In this document: in pieces, positions 10,919-21,759 of the stretch
How the letters are laid out: each line of letters starts with the position of its first letter
Position numbering within the stretch: the first letter of the stretch is position 1
Virus record (IMG/VR): IMGVR_UViG_3300022562_001918
Origin: an uncultured virus (IMG/VR IMGVR_UViG_3300022562_001918)
Lineage: Duplodnaviria; Heunggongvirae; Uroviricota; Caudoviricetes
Reading direction: 5' to 3' (one strand)
DNA: 64,000 bases
Notes under the pieces: generated by a model
What the model saw: only the letters and a program-made list of their open reading frames with translations
What the model was told of the DNA's origin: nothing
Databases searched by the model: none
Program-made: the position numbers and the translations under genes

Positions 10919-12919
10919 TCACGGTGGGTCACATTCCACGACGCCTGCGTTCGGGAAGTCGGAGACGCTCTCAAGAACGGACGACAGGTGCCCTCCGGCC
11001 TTTACGTTTAGCTGGTCAATATTGCCCAGGAAGGTGTTGATTGAGCCAAAGCTTTCTTCGAGAAGACCGCCGGCCGACTCGACAAGGCTCTTAAGCTCGT
11101 CGACGATGGCCTCGACCGTCTTTGCGTTCTTCTGGATAGTCTTGATGTCTTCGCCTAGGCGCTCAATGAGCCTAGTCCGGCCCTGATCGCTGGAGTCGGC
11201 GGCGGCAAGATCTAGGTTCGCCCTTCGAGCGACCATGTCATCCCTGATATTGATGATGGATCTTCTCGTCTGGACATCGTCAATTCCACCCAAGGCATCG
11301 GTGAGACAGTTGATTGCAGCACCCAAATACGAGAACCCGCCGAGGTCGATGTTGACGAATTCCTCCAGCTGGCCTGAGCTGAGAAGGTCTACAGCCCTGT
11401 CCATTCCAACTTGCCTCATGGAATCAAGCAACTGCTCGTATCTCTCGCCTGTCTGAATGTCGAGCTGGTTGTATTGATCGCAGATAGCTTTCTGTCTTAG
11501 TGCCCCAGAAATTGAGGCATCCATGATTTTTGCCTGCTGCTTTGCGACGGTCGCCATCTGGGCATGCAAGGCAGCCAGCCTGGCATCGCTGATTTTTTCC
11601 TGCTCTATGTCAGAGACGATTCTCTCGGTTGCCAGCGTAAGCGCAAGAACCTTCTCTCGAAGAAAGAGCGGGTCTTCAATGCCATCTACGAAAACCGCAA
11701 GACCATCGACACTGATATCAATATTCGCAAGGTCCCTGAGGAGCTGCTGAAAGGCCTCTTCCAGGACGAATGCCTTGTCTGGCCCCTCCGGGGATCCCTC
11801 AGAAAGAGTCACCTGGTTTAGCTCGTTCATCTCAGCAATCATCGTCTTGACCCTGGACGACCAGAGAAGCATTTGCCCCGACGCCGCTTTAATGGACCCT
11901 CTGTCAAGAGCGAGCTCCATGGCGGAGCACATATCCCTCAGCCTGTTTCGTATCTCGAATATCGCCCTGGAGCGCTGAGCCCTAACCCTGCTCGAATTGG
12001 CCGTGTTCCTGTATTCAGATATGACTTTGGCCAGCTGATTGATATGGAAGTTGATGATCTCAGCGTGAGACAGAACCGCGGCAATTTCGTTCTTGATGAG
12101 AATGATTAGTGAAGGGATGACGATATGCACTAACGCTGCGTTCGACCGATTCACCTGACCCGCATCCACTGAGTCGGATGTCAGGATGTCGACAGCATCG
12201 AGTATGCTGGTTCCATCCTTGTCTGGGGTAAGCGAACCGCTTGCGCTTACAAGAAGCTCCCTGGCCCTGAGAAATGCATTCTGGTCAAACCCAACTGATC
12301 CGTTCGGGTTTGTCGGCTGACTCCTGGCGAGCTCCACGTCCGCCTTTCTCAGAAGGTCTTTTGCTGTCTGCAGATCTGACAGCGTGTCGTCTTTGAATGT
12401 TTTGTTCTTGAGAAGAACCAGCACACAGTTCGTTAACTGAACCATATGGGATCGAAGACACTGGAGGTTCTTAACCTTGAGGTCTGCTATCCGAGAAACA
12501 ATTCTGCACATACGCTGAGCAATCGCATATGGCATGTCGTTGAATAGCGCGAACATGGTGAACCCAGAGCTGACCAGGCTTTCTGAGAATTTCTGAACCT
12601 GCTGGATTCGCTTGGCGGTGCTGCTGCCCGAATCAAGCTTGGCATCTGCATATGCCTTGGCTTCCCTGGCAACATACTGGCTCGTGAGACCAATGGCTGC
12701 TGAGCCAAGATTGTTGAAGACATCGCCCTCGGACAGGTCTGCTACTCCGCTGATGACAGAGTCGATGTTCAGGTCTGCAATACTAGCCAGCGGATCCGTG
12801 AAGCCCTGAACGGCAGTGAAAACACTGTCCGTTAGCTGGGAGAGCTCCTTCGAAACGAATTGCGGATAGACAGTTCCAAGGCATCCGATGGCAGTTTTTA
12901 TCTGGTCTAGGTCCGCCAT
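10919..12919 (-). CDS. Hypothetical helical protein in the virion operon
   Basis: 666 aa ORF tightly packed in the operon; Leu/Ala-rich, likely alpha-helical. Confidence 0.6.
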   Translation of the reverse strand: MADLDQIKTAIGCLGTVYPQFVSKELSQLTDSVFTAVQGFTDPLASIADLNIDSVISGVADLSEGDVFNNLGSAAIGLTSQYVAREAKAYADAKLDSGSSTAKRIQQVQKFSESLVSSGFTMFALFNDMPYAIAQRMCRIVSRIADLKVKNLQCLRSHMVQLTNCVLVLLKNKTFKDDTLSDLQTAKDLLRKADVELARSQPTNPNGSVGFDQNAFLRARELLVSASGSLTPDKDGTSILDAVDILTSDSVDAGQVNRSNAALVHIVIPSLIILIKNEIAAVLSHAEIINFHINQLAKVISEYRNTANSSRVRAQRSRAIFEIRNRLRDMCSAMELALDRGSIKAASGQMLLWSSRVKTMIAEMNELNQVTLSEGSPEGPDKAFVLEEAFQQLLRDLANIDISVDGLAVFVDGIEDPLFLREKVLALTLATERIVSDIEQEKISDARLAALHAQMATVAKQQAKIMDASISGALRQKAICDQYNQLDIQTGERYEQLLDSMRQVGMDRAVDLLSSGQLEEFVNIDLGGFSYLGAAINCLTDALGGIDDVQTRRSIINIRDDMVARRANLDLAAADSSDQGRTRLIERLGEDIKTIQKNAKTVEAIVDELKSLVESAGGLLEESFGSINTFLGNIDQLNVKAGGHLSSVLESVSDFPNAGVVECDPP

Positions 12920-12922
12920 CCG

Positions 12923-13771
12923 TCACCCCATACTTGACTTCCAGTGATGCTCAACCTTCTTCTGAATCTGCTTTCGCAGAGCTCGAACCTTCTGGGGCGA
13001 CATCTTGATCTGCTTCGCCAGGTCCATGGGGTCCTCGATGACAGGCTTGCCAAAGCCTTCGAAGGTGTGTTCGAGCACAAGCTGCTGCTCAGGATTGAGT
13101 GAACCGTGCAGGAAGACAATCTGCCTCCGAAGGTTGCTGTCAGCCGTGTAGGCTGCCTCGCCGCCAGGAGCCTCGGCCAGATAGTCCTTCCTGAGCTCCT
13201 TGCGCAAGGTTGCAACCATCTTCGGGGTAATCTTCCGGTCCCTCAAGTCCGCAATCTCGGTAGCAGACAGAAGAACGTCGTCGGCGAGCTCGGTGTCCGA
13301 CGGCGGTCGACCAAGCATGTCCTCGAGCGCGCGTTCCCTCGACTGAAGGGTGTCGATGAGCCAGGACCGATCCTCCGGGATCCTGCCCACGTTTGAGTAT
13401 CTCTGAAGATACCTGCCGGTGCGGCCCATCCACTGATAGACGTGTCCGCCAAACTGGCGACCCTTTGATGGATCGAATGTCTCCAGCGCCGTGACGTAGT
13501 TCTTCAGCATGTTTGACTTCACCGCCTCCTTTGGCAGCGTAGTCGACTGCACATACCTGCGCCCAGCGGCATAGATCAATGGCTGATGCCGGTTGTACAG
13601 CCACTTGAAGTCTTCTGCGTTTGGGTTCTGCTGCCAGCGCTGAATGATCTCGAGTTCGTCCGAGAACGGGTCCTCTGGATCCATTCCCTGCGCTGCAGCC
13701 TCCTTGTCCAACCACTCATCGAGCGCCTGGTCCACGTCGAAGACTTTTTCTTTTCTATCCCGTGAATCCAC
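12923..13771 (-). CDS. Sigma-70 family RNA polymerase sigma factor (group-3-like)
   Basis: Region 2 (ALETFDPSKGRQFGGHVYQW), region 3 (LGRPPSDTELAD), region 4 HTH (LNPEQQLVL...DLAKQIKMSPQKVRAL). Confidence 0.8.
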   Translation of the reverse strand: MDSRDRKEKVFDVDQALDEWLDKEAAAQGMDPEDPFSDELEIIQRWQQNPNAEDFKWLYNRHQPLIYAAGRRYVQSTTLPKEAVKSNMLKNYVTALETFDPSKGRQFGGHVYQWMGRTGRYLQRYSNVGRIPEDRSWLIDTLQSRERALEDMLGRPPSDTELADDVLLSATEIADLRDRKITPKMVATLRKELRKDYLAEAPGGEAAYTADSNLRRQIVFLHGSLNPEQQLVLEHTFEGFGKPVIEDPMDLAKQIKMSPQKVRALRKQIQKKVEHHWKSSMG

Positions 13772-16721
13772 GACTCTTCTTGAGCTCCTCTCTGTAAGCC
13801 TTGATTATTGATCGCCGCAGGTCAACAACCTGCTTCTCAGATAGCGGCTGGGTGAGCGGTTTTTTCGTGCCGTCCTCGAGATCGTCCCCGGTCGGCGCCT
13901 GGGAGCTCGGTGGCATATTGGGGCACCGCCTTGGCGTAGGGTCGTGTTTCCCCCCCTTCCTTCGAGCAGAGGCAGCCTTTCTCTTCTGCTCAAGGCGCTC
14001 AAGTCTCTGCTTTGTGGCCTCCTTCCTCTCCTCTGGAGTTCGCGGACGGACAACGGCATCCCTGCTGTCTCGGACTGTGTAGTCAGCGATGATCGCGTCC
14101 TTCGCAATCTCTTCGCCGGTTGGCGTCAGCCCCGCGTCAGCAATGCTTTGCTGCCAAAGTCTAAACTCAAAGTCATACATGAGAGGGCGGCCGTCGTATC
14201 TAGCTCGGTCCGATTTTCCACTTTCTTCCCTGGCAGCCTTGGCCCTTGCTTTGGCATCAGTGGCCTTTTCTTTGGTATGAATCTTTGTGTCAAACACAGG
14301 GAATGCTCCAGACATCCTGTCCTCTGCATCCTCGGTCGGAGCAACGTCGATGACGTTCCCTTCCTCATCCTCTACCGTGTAAGTGTCCGCGTCGGTGGCT
14401 CCCGCGTATCCTGAGCCCGGAGATGTGTCTCCAACAAAGTGATCTAGTCGAGAGTTCTTGTAATCGATGACTCTCCTGTTCGCTGGGTTTTGGGTGAAGG
14501 TAGGAGTCCTGTTCTTCTCAGACTTGTCATCGGACACACTGTCCCTTAGTTCCAGCGGAGCTGCGCCAACGAAACGGAACGCCTCGTCGATCTTCGTAAA
14601 GGCCCTCGCGGTAAACCGAGAAGCCTCCTCGAACTCTTTGCCAAAACCCCTCGCCAACCTGTACTTCTTGTTCAGCTCATCGATTGCCGTCTCGATAGGA
14701 ATGTTCTCGTTCTTTTCGATGATGTCCTCGAGCTCCTCAATGTTTTCCGTGAGCTTATTGATCAGGACACCAACCGCACCGAAGCCTGCCCCCAGCAGAC
14801 CTTCAAGGTCAGCCTCGTCGACATTGTCTAGATCGACGGCCGCTTCCTCGAGAGCCTTCTTTAGAACCTCGGTGTCCTCCTGCTTGAAAAGAAAACCCTG
14901 GATAACCCTGGCATTGTCCCCAAACCATTCTTTGTACTGGAGGTCCAGATCTCTCGTATTGCGAAATCTTTCGTCAAACCACTCTGGAACGGGGGGCTGG
15001 TTCTTTCCATCGAAGATGGTTTCGTAGTTGAAGTTTCCGTTCTCATCGCGCGCAAGGCTCGTATCAAGTTCGCCATCCGCATTGAATCCGGTCTTGAACC
15101 TGGGCCTGTTGTAATCAACCTCTCCCGCAATACGAGGGTAGCTGATCATGTAGTTGGTCATCGCGGACCCGTCTGCGTCGATGGAATGCTGAATTCCAGC
15201 CAGGTAGCAAATGACGTTCAGCTTGGAATCAGAGTCATCCAAGATGACCATGGGGAATCCAGGCACTGGTCGCATATTGAACGGGCCGGAGACGGAAGCC
15301 TGCCGCGCCATGAACTTTGATTTGTAGTACTCATAGCTAGCCACGTTCTGGAGATATCTCGGAACACCTCCCTTTCGCTCTCCGCTGGGCTGCTTTTTCC
15401 CCTGACCCTGAAGAGTGAGGGTTGACGGGGCTGGCGCCATGTTCATGAAGTTGTAGACGATCCCTCGAATCCGCTCCTCATTTGTTGTCCAGTCGTAGTC
15501 TGTGAACGTCGGAGCCTGTCCCTTTTCGTCCCCATACTTTCCATCGGGACTTCTTTTCAGAGAGGTTCGTCTGTTGGGGTCTCGAACAAGTGCAGTGAAA
15601 ACCTCCAACTCAGCCGGGCGCTGTAGCTGCATCATGCTTGTAAGCCTGGAGCTGACAAGCGGAAGCTGAGGTTTCATGGAAAGACGTGTCGTCTCCGCCA
15701 TGAAATTTTCGCTGTACGACATCTGATCGTACATGTTGGGAAAGAGTGTGTTGAAGTTTGGGGGGTCGATTGTATAGACGTGTGGCTTGAACATGATGCT
15801 GGCCACAATGTTTTCTTCTGCTGTCCGGAAGTCGTAAAGATCTACCTTGCTGCGACCACGTGGCCCTCGACGTTTTACGGTCTGCTTCTTCCTCTTGATG
15901 TTGCCGAAGACGTCTCTTTCGAAAATACGTGCCTTTATGTATGGCGGGGCAACGATCGAAACCCACTCGTGGAGGATTGCGCTGAGCAGCTGGTTCACCA
16001 CCTCCACTAGATCCGTCTGGCCCGAGGTCCGACCGGAGATCCCGTCAAGGAAGTCGCTGAGTAGTGCTAACTGAAATAGCTTCTCTGTTTTTCCAGCTGG
16101 TGCTCGAATGATGCGATCTGTCAATCGCATCCTGTTTCTGGCATTCGTGTAGTACGGATTGACGTTGCCGATGTCGTCAAGCACCGAAACCATTGTGTCA
16201 ATGAAGCGCTCTTCGGCCTGCTCCTCGTTCTTCCGAGAGAAGGCCACCCTATTGATCATGTAGCCGAACGAACCCGTGCTACTAACCTTGCCAAAGCGGC
16301 CATAGCCACCAGATGTTTGGATCGCGAGCTGGTCGACGATCGTCCCGTCCGCGGACCCGAGGCTCAGCCAGAACTGCCTTGCGCTTGCCCAATATATTTC
16401 TGGAGACGCGCACTCCACGATGAAGTTGCGGCCATCGTCTTGCCTGGTAAATCCCCGGCTTATTACGACTCCTTCGAATAGGAGCTTGAAGTCGCTGAGA
16501 TCAGACTTTGGGTTTAGCTCCCAGGGGTCCGTGCAAAACACATGCACCCATGTACCGGGCATGATGTGCCTAATGGTGTCAGTGGGCACAAGCTCAAGCC
16601 GGCACATCGCAGGAGAACTCGTCTGCCCATTCACCGATGCGCTAAGAAAGGCGTTCTCGACGAGCATGCCTTCCATGTAAAGGCGCGTCTTTACACTTAC
16701 GCCTGTTCCGTGACGGGGCAT
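13755..16721 (-). CDS. Baseplate hub (gp27-like) / tail protein
   Basis: N-terminus LYMEG...LLFEGVVISRGF and later SVSGPFNMRPVPGFP..I...YLAGIQHSI resemble hub proteins; canonical position after the tape measure gene. Confidence 0.55.
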   Translation of the reverse strand: MPRHGTGVSVKTRLYMEGMLVENAFLSASVNGQTSSPAMCRLELVPTDTIRHIMPGTWVHVFCTDPWELNPKSDLSDFKLLFEGVVISRGFTRQDDGRNFIVECASPEIYWASARQFWLSLGSADGTIVDQLAIQTSGGYGRFGKVSSTGSFGYMINRVAFSRKNEEQAEERFIDTMVSVLDDIGNVNPYYTNARNRMRLTDRIIRAPAGKTEKLFQLALLSDFLDGISGRTSGQTDLVEVVNQLLSAILHEWVSIVAPPYIKARIFERDVFGNIKRKKQTVKRRGPRGRSKVDLYDFRTAEENIVASIMFKPHVYTIDPPNFNTLFPNMYDQMSYSENFMAETTRLSMKPQLPLVSSRLTSMMQLQRPAELEVFTALVRDPNRRTSLKRSPDGKYGDEKGQAPTFTDYDWTTNEERIRGIVYNFMNMAPAPSTLTLQGQGKKQPSGERKGGVPRYLQNVASYEYYKSKFMARQASVSGPFNMRPVPGFPMVILDDSDSKLNVICYLAGIQHSIDADGSAMTNYMISYPRIAGEVDYNRPRFKTGFNADGELDTSLARDENGNFNYETIFDGKNQPPVPEWFDERFRNTRDLDLQYKEWFGDNARVIQGFLFKQEDTEVLKKALEEAAVDLDNVDEADLEGLLGAGFGAVGVLINKLTENIEELEDIIEKNENIPIETAIDELNKKYRLARGFGKEFEEASRFTARAFTKIDEAFRFVGAAPLELRDSVSDDKSEKNRTPTFTQNPANRRVIDYKNSRLDHFVGDTSPGSGYAGATDADTYTVEDEEGNVIDVAPTEDAEDRMSGAFPVFDTKIHTKEKATDAKARAKAAREESGKSDRARYDGRPLMYDFEFRLWQQSIADAGLTPTGEEIAKDAIIADYTVRDSRDAVVRPRTPEERKEATKQRLERLEQKRKAASARRKGGKHDPTPRRCPNMPPSSQAPTGDDLEDGTKKPLTQPLSEKQVVDLRRSIIKAYREELKKSRGFTG

Positions 16722-16727
16722 AGATGA

Positions 16728-17855
16728 CTACTCGAGCTCTTCGGAAAGTGCCGCGAAGTTTACGCCCGAGCCCGCGATCTTGTTTGAGAACGTCGGCTCA
16801 AACGCACACGGCTCAGGCTTATCGTTTGTCAGGCCGCTCTTCTGTCCAGGAGTCGTCGAAACCTCCACCTCGAAGTTCCCTTTTTCCGGGCGATGAGAGG
16901 CAGTCCCTGCACCGGGCTCGTAGTGACCAGAGAAGTACTCCCTCATAAAGAAGAAGGTTTCTAGCTGATCAAACGCACCTCTATTGGCCAGCGCAACCGC
17001 CGCCTCCAGGCCTCCGAGCAAGGCCCTCTCAAGGAATGTCCCGCCAGATCTTTGGAGCCTCTTCGCCAAGATGCTTCTGTAATTGATTGGAGCCCTGTTG
17101 ATGACAAGCATGTTGAAGGAAAACGGAACCGCATTGTTCGCGACAGATGTCATCTGAATCGAACTGTTCAGTATGTAGCCCTCGACCATGACGTCATCGT
17201 ACTGAAGGAGAACCGTGGCCTTGTATTTAACCGCCTGGCTGCCGCGAAGGAACTCATCATAGTTGATCTGAAACTCGTTCTTCCAGTCATGGTTCTTGGC
17301 ATTGAGGAGGGTCCCAGAGTAGCTGTAGACCTCTGGCTTGCGGCCGAAGAAGAACGCGATCCATTCACCGAATGTGTCTAGAACCTGAACCTTCTCTTCC
17401 CTGTTCTCCTGAACGGCCTCGAGGAAAAACTTGGTGTTTGGTGGAATCAGGTTGACCCAGGGGACATTCGGCTCCGTGCTCTTCTTCTGAGCAAGCTCCT
17501 CTGCCGTAAGTCGTCGGATCAGCCTGATGGTTGCCGGCGAGTCTTCTTTCGTCTGAAGCTGCCTTGCCAACGATTTTTCGCGCAAGTCGTCTTCCGATGA
17601 GGCGTTGAGCAACGCTTCATTGCCTGCCAGTCGAACTCTTTTCAGCAGGTGCCTAGATTGGCGATACGAGTCATCGTTTTCGACGATGCTGTTATCTCCA
17701 GGAGCCATGTAGAACGGCTCTGGCAACGGAGGTCCCTTGAAGGAATCCGACAGGAAGATGTTGTACTTGATTACCCTTTCTCCCCCGAGGGCTCCCCGCT
17801 CTTCAATTGTGGCCTCCATGCCGTTTCTTGAAGTCGCTCTTGGTGTGCACGCCAT
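16728..17855 (-). CDS. Tail-tube-initiator-like structural protein
   Basis: 375 aa; FFGRKPEVYSYSGTL...EGYILN...VPFSFNMLV tube-like pattern; synteny. Confidence 0.45.
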   Translation of the reverse strand: MACTPRATSRNGMEATIEERGALGGERVIKYNIFLSDSFKGPPLPEPFYMAPGDNSIVENDDSYRQSRHLLKRVRLAGNEALLNASSEDDLREKSLARQLQTKEDSPATIRLIRRLTAEELAQKKSTEPNVPWVNLIPPNTKFFLEAVQENREEKVQVLDTFGEWIAFFFGRKPEVYSYSGTLLNAKNHDWKNEFQINYDEFLRGSQAVKYKATVLLQYDDVMVEGYILNSSIQMTSVANNAVPFSFNMLVINRAPINYRSILAKRLQRSGGTFLERALLGGLEAAVALANRGAFDQLETFFFMREYFSGHYEPGAGTASHRPEKGNFEVEVSTTPGQKSGLTNDKPEPCAFEPTFSNKIAGSGVNFAALSEELE

Positions 17856-18391
17856 CAGACTGTCCTCAACTTCCCGGGTTTCCCGTCGCGGCCCACAGTA
17901 TCATCGAGCTGCTGGAACCGAAGCCTGAACTGCTCATCCAGCGCAATCGCCAGAGATCTCTCCGAGGCCAGCTCATCCATCGTTCTTCGGTTGATAAGCC
18001 GCTGAGAGATCCCCAGTGGGCCAAAAACAGAGTCAAACAAACGAATAGTGCCTTCGTCCTCCTGGGCATAGACAAGGTCAAAGACTGTTTTGTTAAACCC
18101 CACCTCTATCGGATCACCGTCCTGGCTAACGATGCTGCTGAGCGCCTGGAGCTCGTACTGCCCGTCGCCGCCGGCGTACCAGAGGAACGCAACGTCTGGC
18201 TGAGTTGTCGTTACTGTCACCTTGGTTATGGATATGGGGGCGTCATCCTCGGAAACCGGCGTGACCCTCCAGTTGTCCGGCAAAATGAAGGAGGCTCCGA
18301 TCTTCATCGGTCGGTTGAAGTGAACCAAAAGCAAGTTCTGCTTCGGATTCCGAACAAGAAGGATCCTTGGCCCAACGCTACCTAAAACCAT
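17855..18391 (-). CDS. Small virion protein, Ig-like beta-rich N-terminus (start uncertain)
   Basis: LLVHFNRPM...NWRVT...ITKVTV; overlaps both neighbours. Confidence 0.5.
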   Translation of the reverse strand: MVLGSVGPRILLVRNPKQNLLLVHFNRPMKIGASFILPDNWRVTPVSEDDAPISITKVTVTTTQPDVAFLWYAGGDGQYELQALSSIVSQDGDPIEVGFNKTVFDLVYAQEDEGTIRLFDSVFGPLGISQRLINRRTMDELASERSLAIALDEQFRLRFQQLDDTVGRDGKPGKLRTV

Positions 18392-21300
18392 TCGTTCACC
18401 TTCGCTGCAGTCTTCTCAACATTTGCGTCCGTTGTCTTTACAGACTTTTCGAGGCGGCGGATAGATCTGACGATTGATGTCATCGCCTCTTCCTTCGCGC
18501 CAAAGCCAGCAGCTCGCTGAAGGGGCGAAGACCCCCTTCTCTTCTCGGTAGCCATATTAACGCTTCCCTTGCGGCCCTCTCGGGCGGCCTCCTCGGCGGG
18601 ACTGGTTGTCTGTTTAAACAATTCTTCGGCTTTAGAATTTAGCTTTGTCTGCATCTTCTCCAGGCTCTTAGATGCCCCAAATGCCACTCCCAGGTTGCCC
18701 GCGGTCTTTGCGAGTCCAGACAGAAGAGCTCCGTCCGTTTCCTCTCTGGTCTTCACCCTGGCATATGGGTCACCCATGACTTCCATGTCGACTTCTGTCT
18801 TGGTCTCGCCCCCGGCCCTTCGTAGGGCAACCTGCCACTTCTGAGTGGCCTTTTCCTTGTCGCCGGCAAGAACTGCTGTTCTAAATTCCTCGTACTCTGT
18901 TCTTCTCTCCAGGGCATCAATGAATTTTACTCCGCCCCCAGACTGCACCTTGCCAAGCTGTGAAGCGATCGCTCCTGCAAATTCTCCAACGTCTGCTGAG
19001 CTCCTTGTAGACCATGACTTCGCCGCTCCACCCTTCAGGGCAGCTTCTTTTCTCAGATCTGCACCGAGCGAGCTAAGGTATCCCGCCGATGACGCGGCCG
19101 AATACCGGGAGGTCAATCCGCCCATGCCTAGCAGCATCTTTTCTCGTCCCTCCCTTAATCCATCCCTGGCTGCGCCCAGAGAAAAACCACCAACCCTAGC
19201 GGATACTCCAGCGGTGTCCATCATCGGCAGATCTTCGCCGATCAACTTTTCTAGTGTCTGATGGATTACCGGGCTTCCGATATTTCCGCTGTTCAATTCA
19301 TTGAGGAGAAGGTCTCGCGCTTTTTTAGCGGCTGGATCTGTTACATCCACTGCTCCGACAATCTGTGGGAGTGTTTCGCGAAGTATATCTCCAGCCGCAG
19401 CGCCTCCTTCTCCACCGGTGGCTAGGGTTCGGTAAGCTTGGCCAGCCTGACTTAGCTTATCTCTATAGATCAGGTCTACCTGCTCATCGGTGAAATCTCC
19501 CACTCCACCAAGGTTCTTTACGAGATTCCTTTTCGAGGCCCTTGTTCCTGCGAAGTGAGTAAAGTCCGACATCGCGTCTTTCTCAGCCCCGCTGAACTCC
19601 TTTCTCCACATTGGATTTTTGATTAATCTTTGAACTACGTCGATTCCATACGCTTCGTTATCTCCGAACTCGATGGCATTAGCTCCAGTTGGGTCGACTC
19701 TCTTGGCCCCGCTTGCCCTGAGCATGCCAATCATTTGTCCTGCTATTCTTTTGTGAGCAGGGCTTAGTTTTCCGCCCGAGTTTCTTTTGAGCGCTTCAAT
19801 GAAACTGAGGTTTGAACCACTCAGATCCTTGCTGGCAAAGTTGGCAATGTCTTCATCGGCCACGTCTAGGTAGCCTATTTGTTGCTTGTTCTCTGCAATC
19901 TGTCGGTCGATCTCGGCCTCGGCCTCTCTCTTGGTCATCCCGCCGCTGGAAACCAAGTCCTTGATGGCGCCAAAGTTCTCTATAAGAAGACCGGCACCCG
20001 CACCGATGGCGGCACCAGGAATGCTGAGCAATCCTTTGCCCATGATCGCACCCGTAGCAGCGAGCTCGGCGGTCGTCCTCCCAACGGTAAAACCTCTTCT
20101 CTCAGACACCGCAGGTGCTGTAATGCCCATCCCGGACAATGACTGCTCCTGTGTCGCAATGGCAGCCCTTGCAATTTCAATGGCGCTCATGCCATTGGCG
20201 CCACCGCCGCCGCCTCCACCGCCACCACGGCCACCACCAACCAAGGTCTTGGCCTGGTCTGGGTTGAGGCCCATCGACATGGCGTACATACGTTGAGCTT
20301 CGTTCATCGAAATGTCAGGGGCGATCGACTGGATCATCTCCCCGCCCATCCGAAGCTGGTCCCGAGACATCGCTCGAATTCCGCTGGCTCCAATTCCTCG
20401 CCGGTACTCATTCTTGTGTACCTGAAACTTAACCATGTTGGAGATCATGTCCCCATCGCCCATGGCATCCATGGCTGCCCCGGCCATAGAGAACATGTCC
20501 CCGCCGCCGCCGTAGCCACCCATGGCGGCCATGAGCTGCAGATCGCCCGTCGGGCTTGCGGCCATCGCCATCTGGGTCGTCCCGACGAACTGAGCGGCCC
20601 CGAAGCGACCGCCCATGATCCGGGTCTCGGCCGAGCTCAGCCCAGCCTGGCTAGCTGCGCCCAGGGAGCCTGTGAACATCGCCGAGCCCTGCTGTGGCGT
20701 GAAGCCCATCGACATGCCCACAGATGCCCCTGCGTTCGCAAAGGCGCTCATGCGGGCCTGCTGCTGCAGCCAGATGTCGGCACCGCCGGCACCGGCAGCT
20801 CGAACGACGCCCTCTTGGGCAGACATCCCCGATTGCACCGCCGTCTTGATCACCTGAGTGGCGCCGGCCAGCGAGGTCTGAAGTACTTGGGCGCCCTCGT
20901 CGATGGCTCGAGCAAATTCCCGGATCTGCTCCCGGGCCTTCCCTGGGTCTGTCGCGGTCGGGAGCATTCCCGCCTGGCGACCGAGAGCCATGATGTCGCC
21001 CATCTCATTGACGTCCATCTTGAGGTCTCTGGCTGCACCCACTGCGGCTGCACCGAGATCGTACTGCTGGACCCTTGTTAGCCCTCGGCCACCTCCAATG
21101 ATCTGACCGAGCTCGGAAGAGACCCCCTCGAGCTGGCGTTGGGCCGCGAATCGACCTCCGATGACGCTCTCTGCTGCGTCGGAGCCAAGCATGTAGCCGC
21201 CGAAGCCGCCCACGAGTCCGCCGATTGTCTCCCCAGCAGCAGCACCGCCAGAGCCGAAGAAGCGCCCTCCAATTGCGGCACCAATTCCTGCACCTATTTT

Positions 21301-21753
21301 TTGCCCCACCCATCCAGTAGCAGAGCCAACGGCCATTCCGCCGGCACTCGTATAAAAGGCCTCCTTTGCGGCCATGCCAGCTTCTCTTCTGGCGTTGATG
21401 TCGCGCTCAATGGCATTCGACATCGCGGCCATTTGATAGCTGACGTCGCTGACCCCGGGGGGTGCCAGTTGATGGGCTGCAGCCAGACCGCCACGCTGGA
21501 CAAATGCTTCCTGCGCCATCGTCGTGTGCGCCTGGACCGCACCGTAGTGCGGCGAGTACGCCATGGCTGCATTGGTATGGGTTTGCCCAAAGCCTGATCC
21601 ACCAAGATTTGGGGTTCCTCCCAGGGACATAGCCGCGCTACTGAAGCCGGTCGCGCTTGCCAGCGACATTCCGATCTGAGATCGGATCTCGGTCAGCGCA
21701 GACATGACCTGCGTGGTGTCAACGCTTGCGAGCAGCTTTATATCAGCAGCCAT
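18382..21753 (-). CDS. Tape measure protein
   Basis: 1123 aa, Ala/Gly/Met-rich with glycine-zipper segments; follows the chaperone genes and precedes hub genes. Confidence 0.75.
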   Translation of the reverse strand: MAADIKLLASVDTTQVMSALTEIRSQIGMSLASATGFSSAAMSLGGTPNLGGSGFGQTHTNAAMAYSPHYGAVQAHTTMAQEAFVQRGGLAAAHQLAPPGVSDVSYQMAAMSNAIERDINARREAGMAAKEAFYTSAGGMAVGSATGWVGQKIGAGIGAAIGGRFFGSGGAAAGETIGGLVGGFGGYMLGSDAAESVIGGRFAAQRQLEGVSSELGQIIGGGRGLTRVQQYDLGAAAVGAARDLKMDVNEMGDIMALGRQAGMLPTATDPGKAREQIREFARAIDEGAQVLQTSLAGATQVIKTAVQSGMSAQEGVVRAAGAGGADIWLQQQARMSAFANAGASVGMSMGFTPQQGSAMFTGSLGAASQAGLSSAETRIMGGRFGAAQFVGTTQMAMAASPTGDLQLMAAMGGYGGGGDMFSMAGAAMDAMGDGDMISNMVKFQVHKNEYRRGIGASGIRAMSRDQLRMGGEMIQSIAPDISMNEAQRMYAMSMGLNPDQAKTLVGGGRGGGGGGGGGANGMSAIEIARAAIATQEQSLSGMGITAPAVSERRGFTVGRTTAELAATGAIMGKGLLSIPGAAIGAGAGLLIENFGAIKDLVSSGGMTKREAEAEIDRQIAENKQQIGYLDVADEDIANFASKDLSGSNLSFIEALKRNSGGKLSPAHKRIAGQMIGMLRASGAKRVDPTGANAIEFGDNEAYGIDVVQRLIKNPMWRKEFSGAEKDAMSDFTHFAGTRASKRNLVKNLGGVGDFTDEQVDLIYRDKLSQAGQAYRTLATGGEGGAAAGDILRETLPQIVGAVDVTDPAAKKARDLLLNELNSGNIGSPVIHQTLEKLIGEDLPMMDTAGVSARVGGFSLGAARDGLREGREKMLLGMGGLTSRYSAASSAGYLSSLGADLRKEAALKGGAAKSWSTRSSADVGEFAGAIASQLGKVQSGGGVKFIDALERRTEYEEFRTAVLAGDKEKATQKWQVALRRAGGETKTEVDMEVMGDPYARVKTREETDGALLSGLAKTAGNLGVAFGASKSLEKMQTKLNSKAEELFKQTTSPAEEAAREGRKGSVNMATEKRRGSSPLQRAAGFGAKEEAMTSIVRSIRRLEKSVKTTDANVEKTAAKVNEWF

Positions 21754-21759
21754 TCCTCA

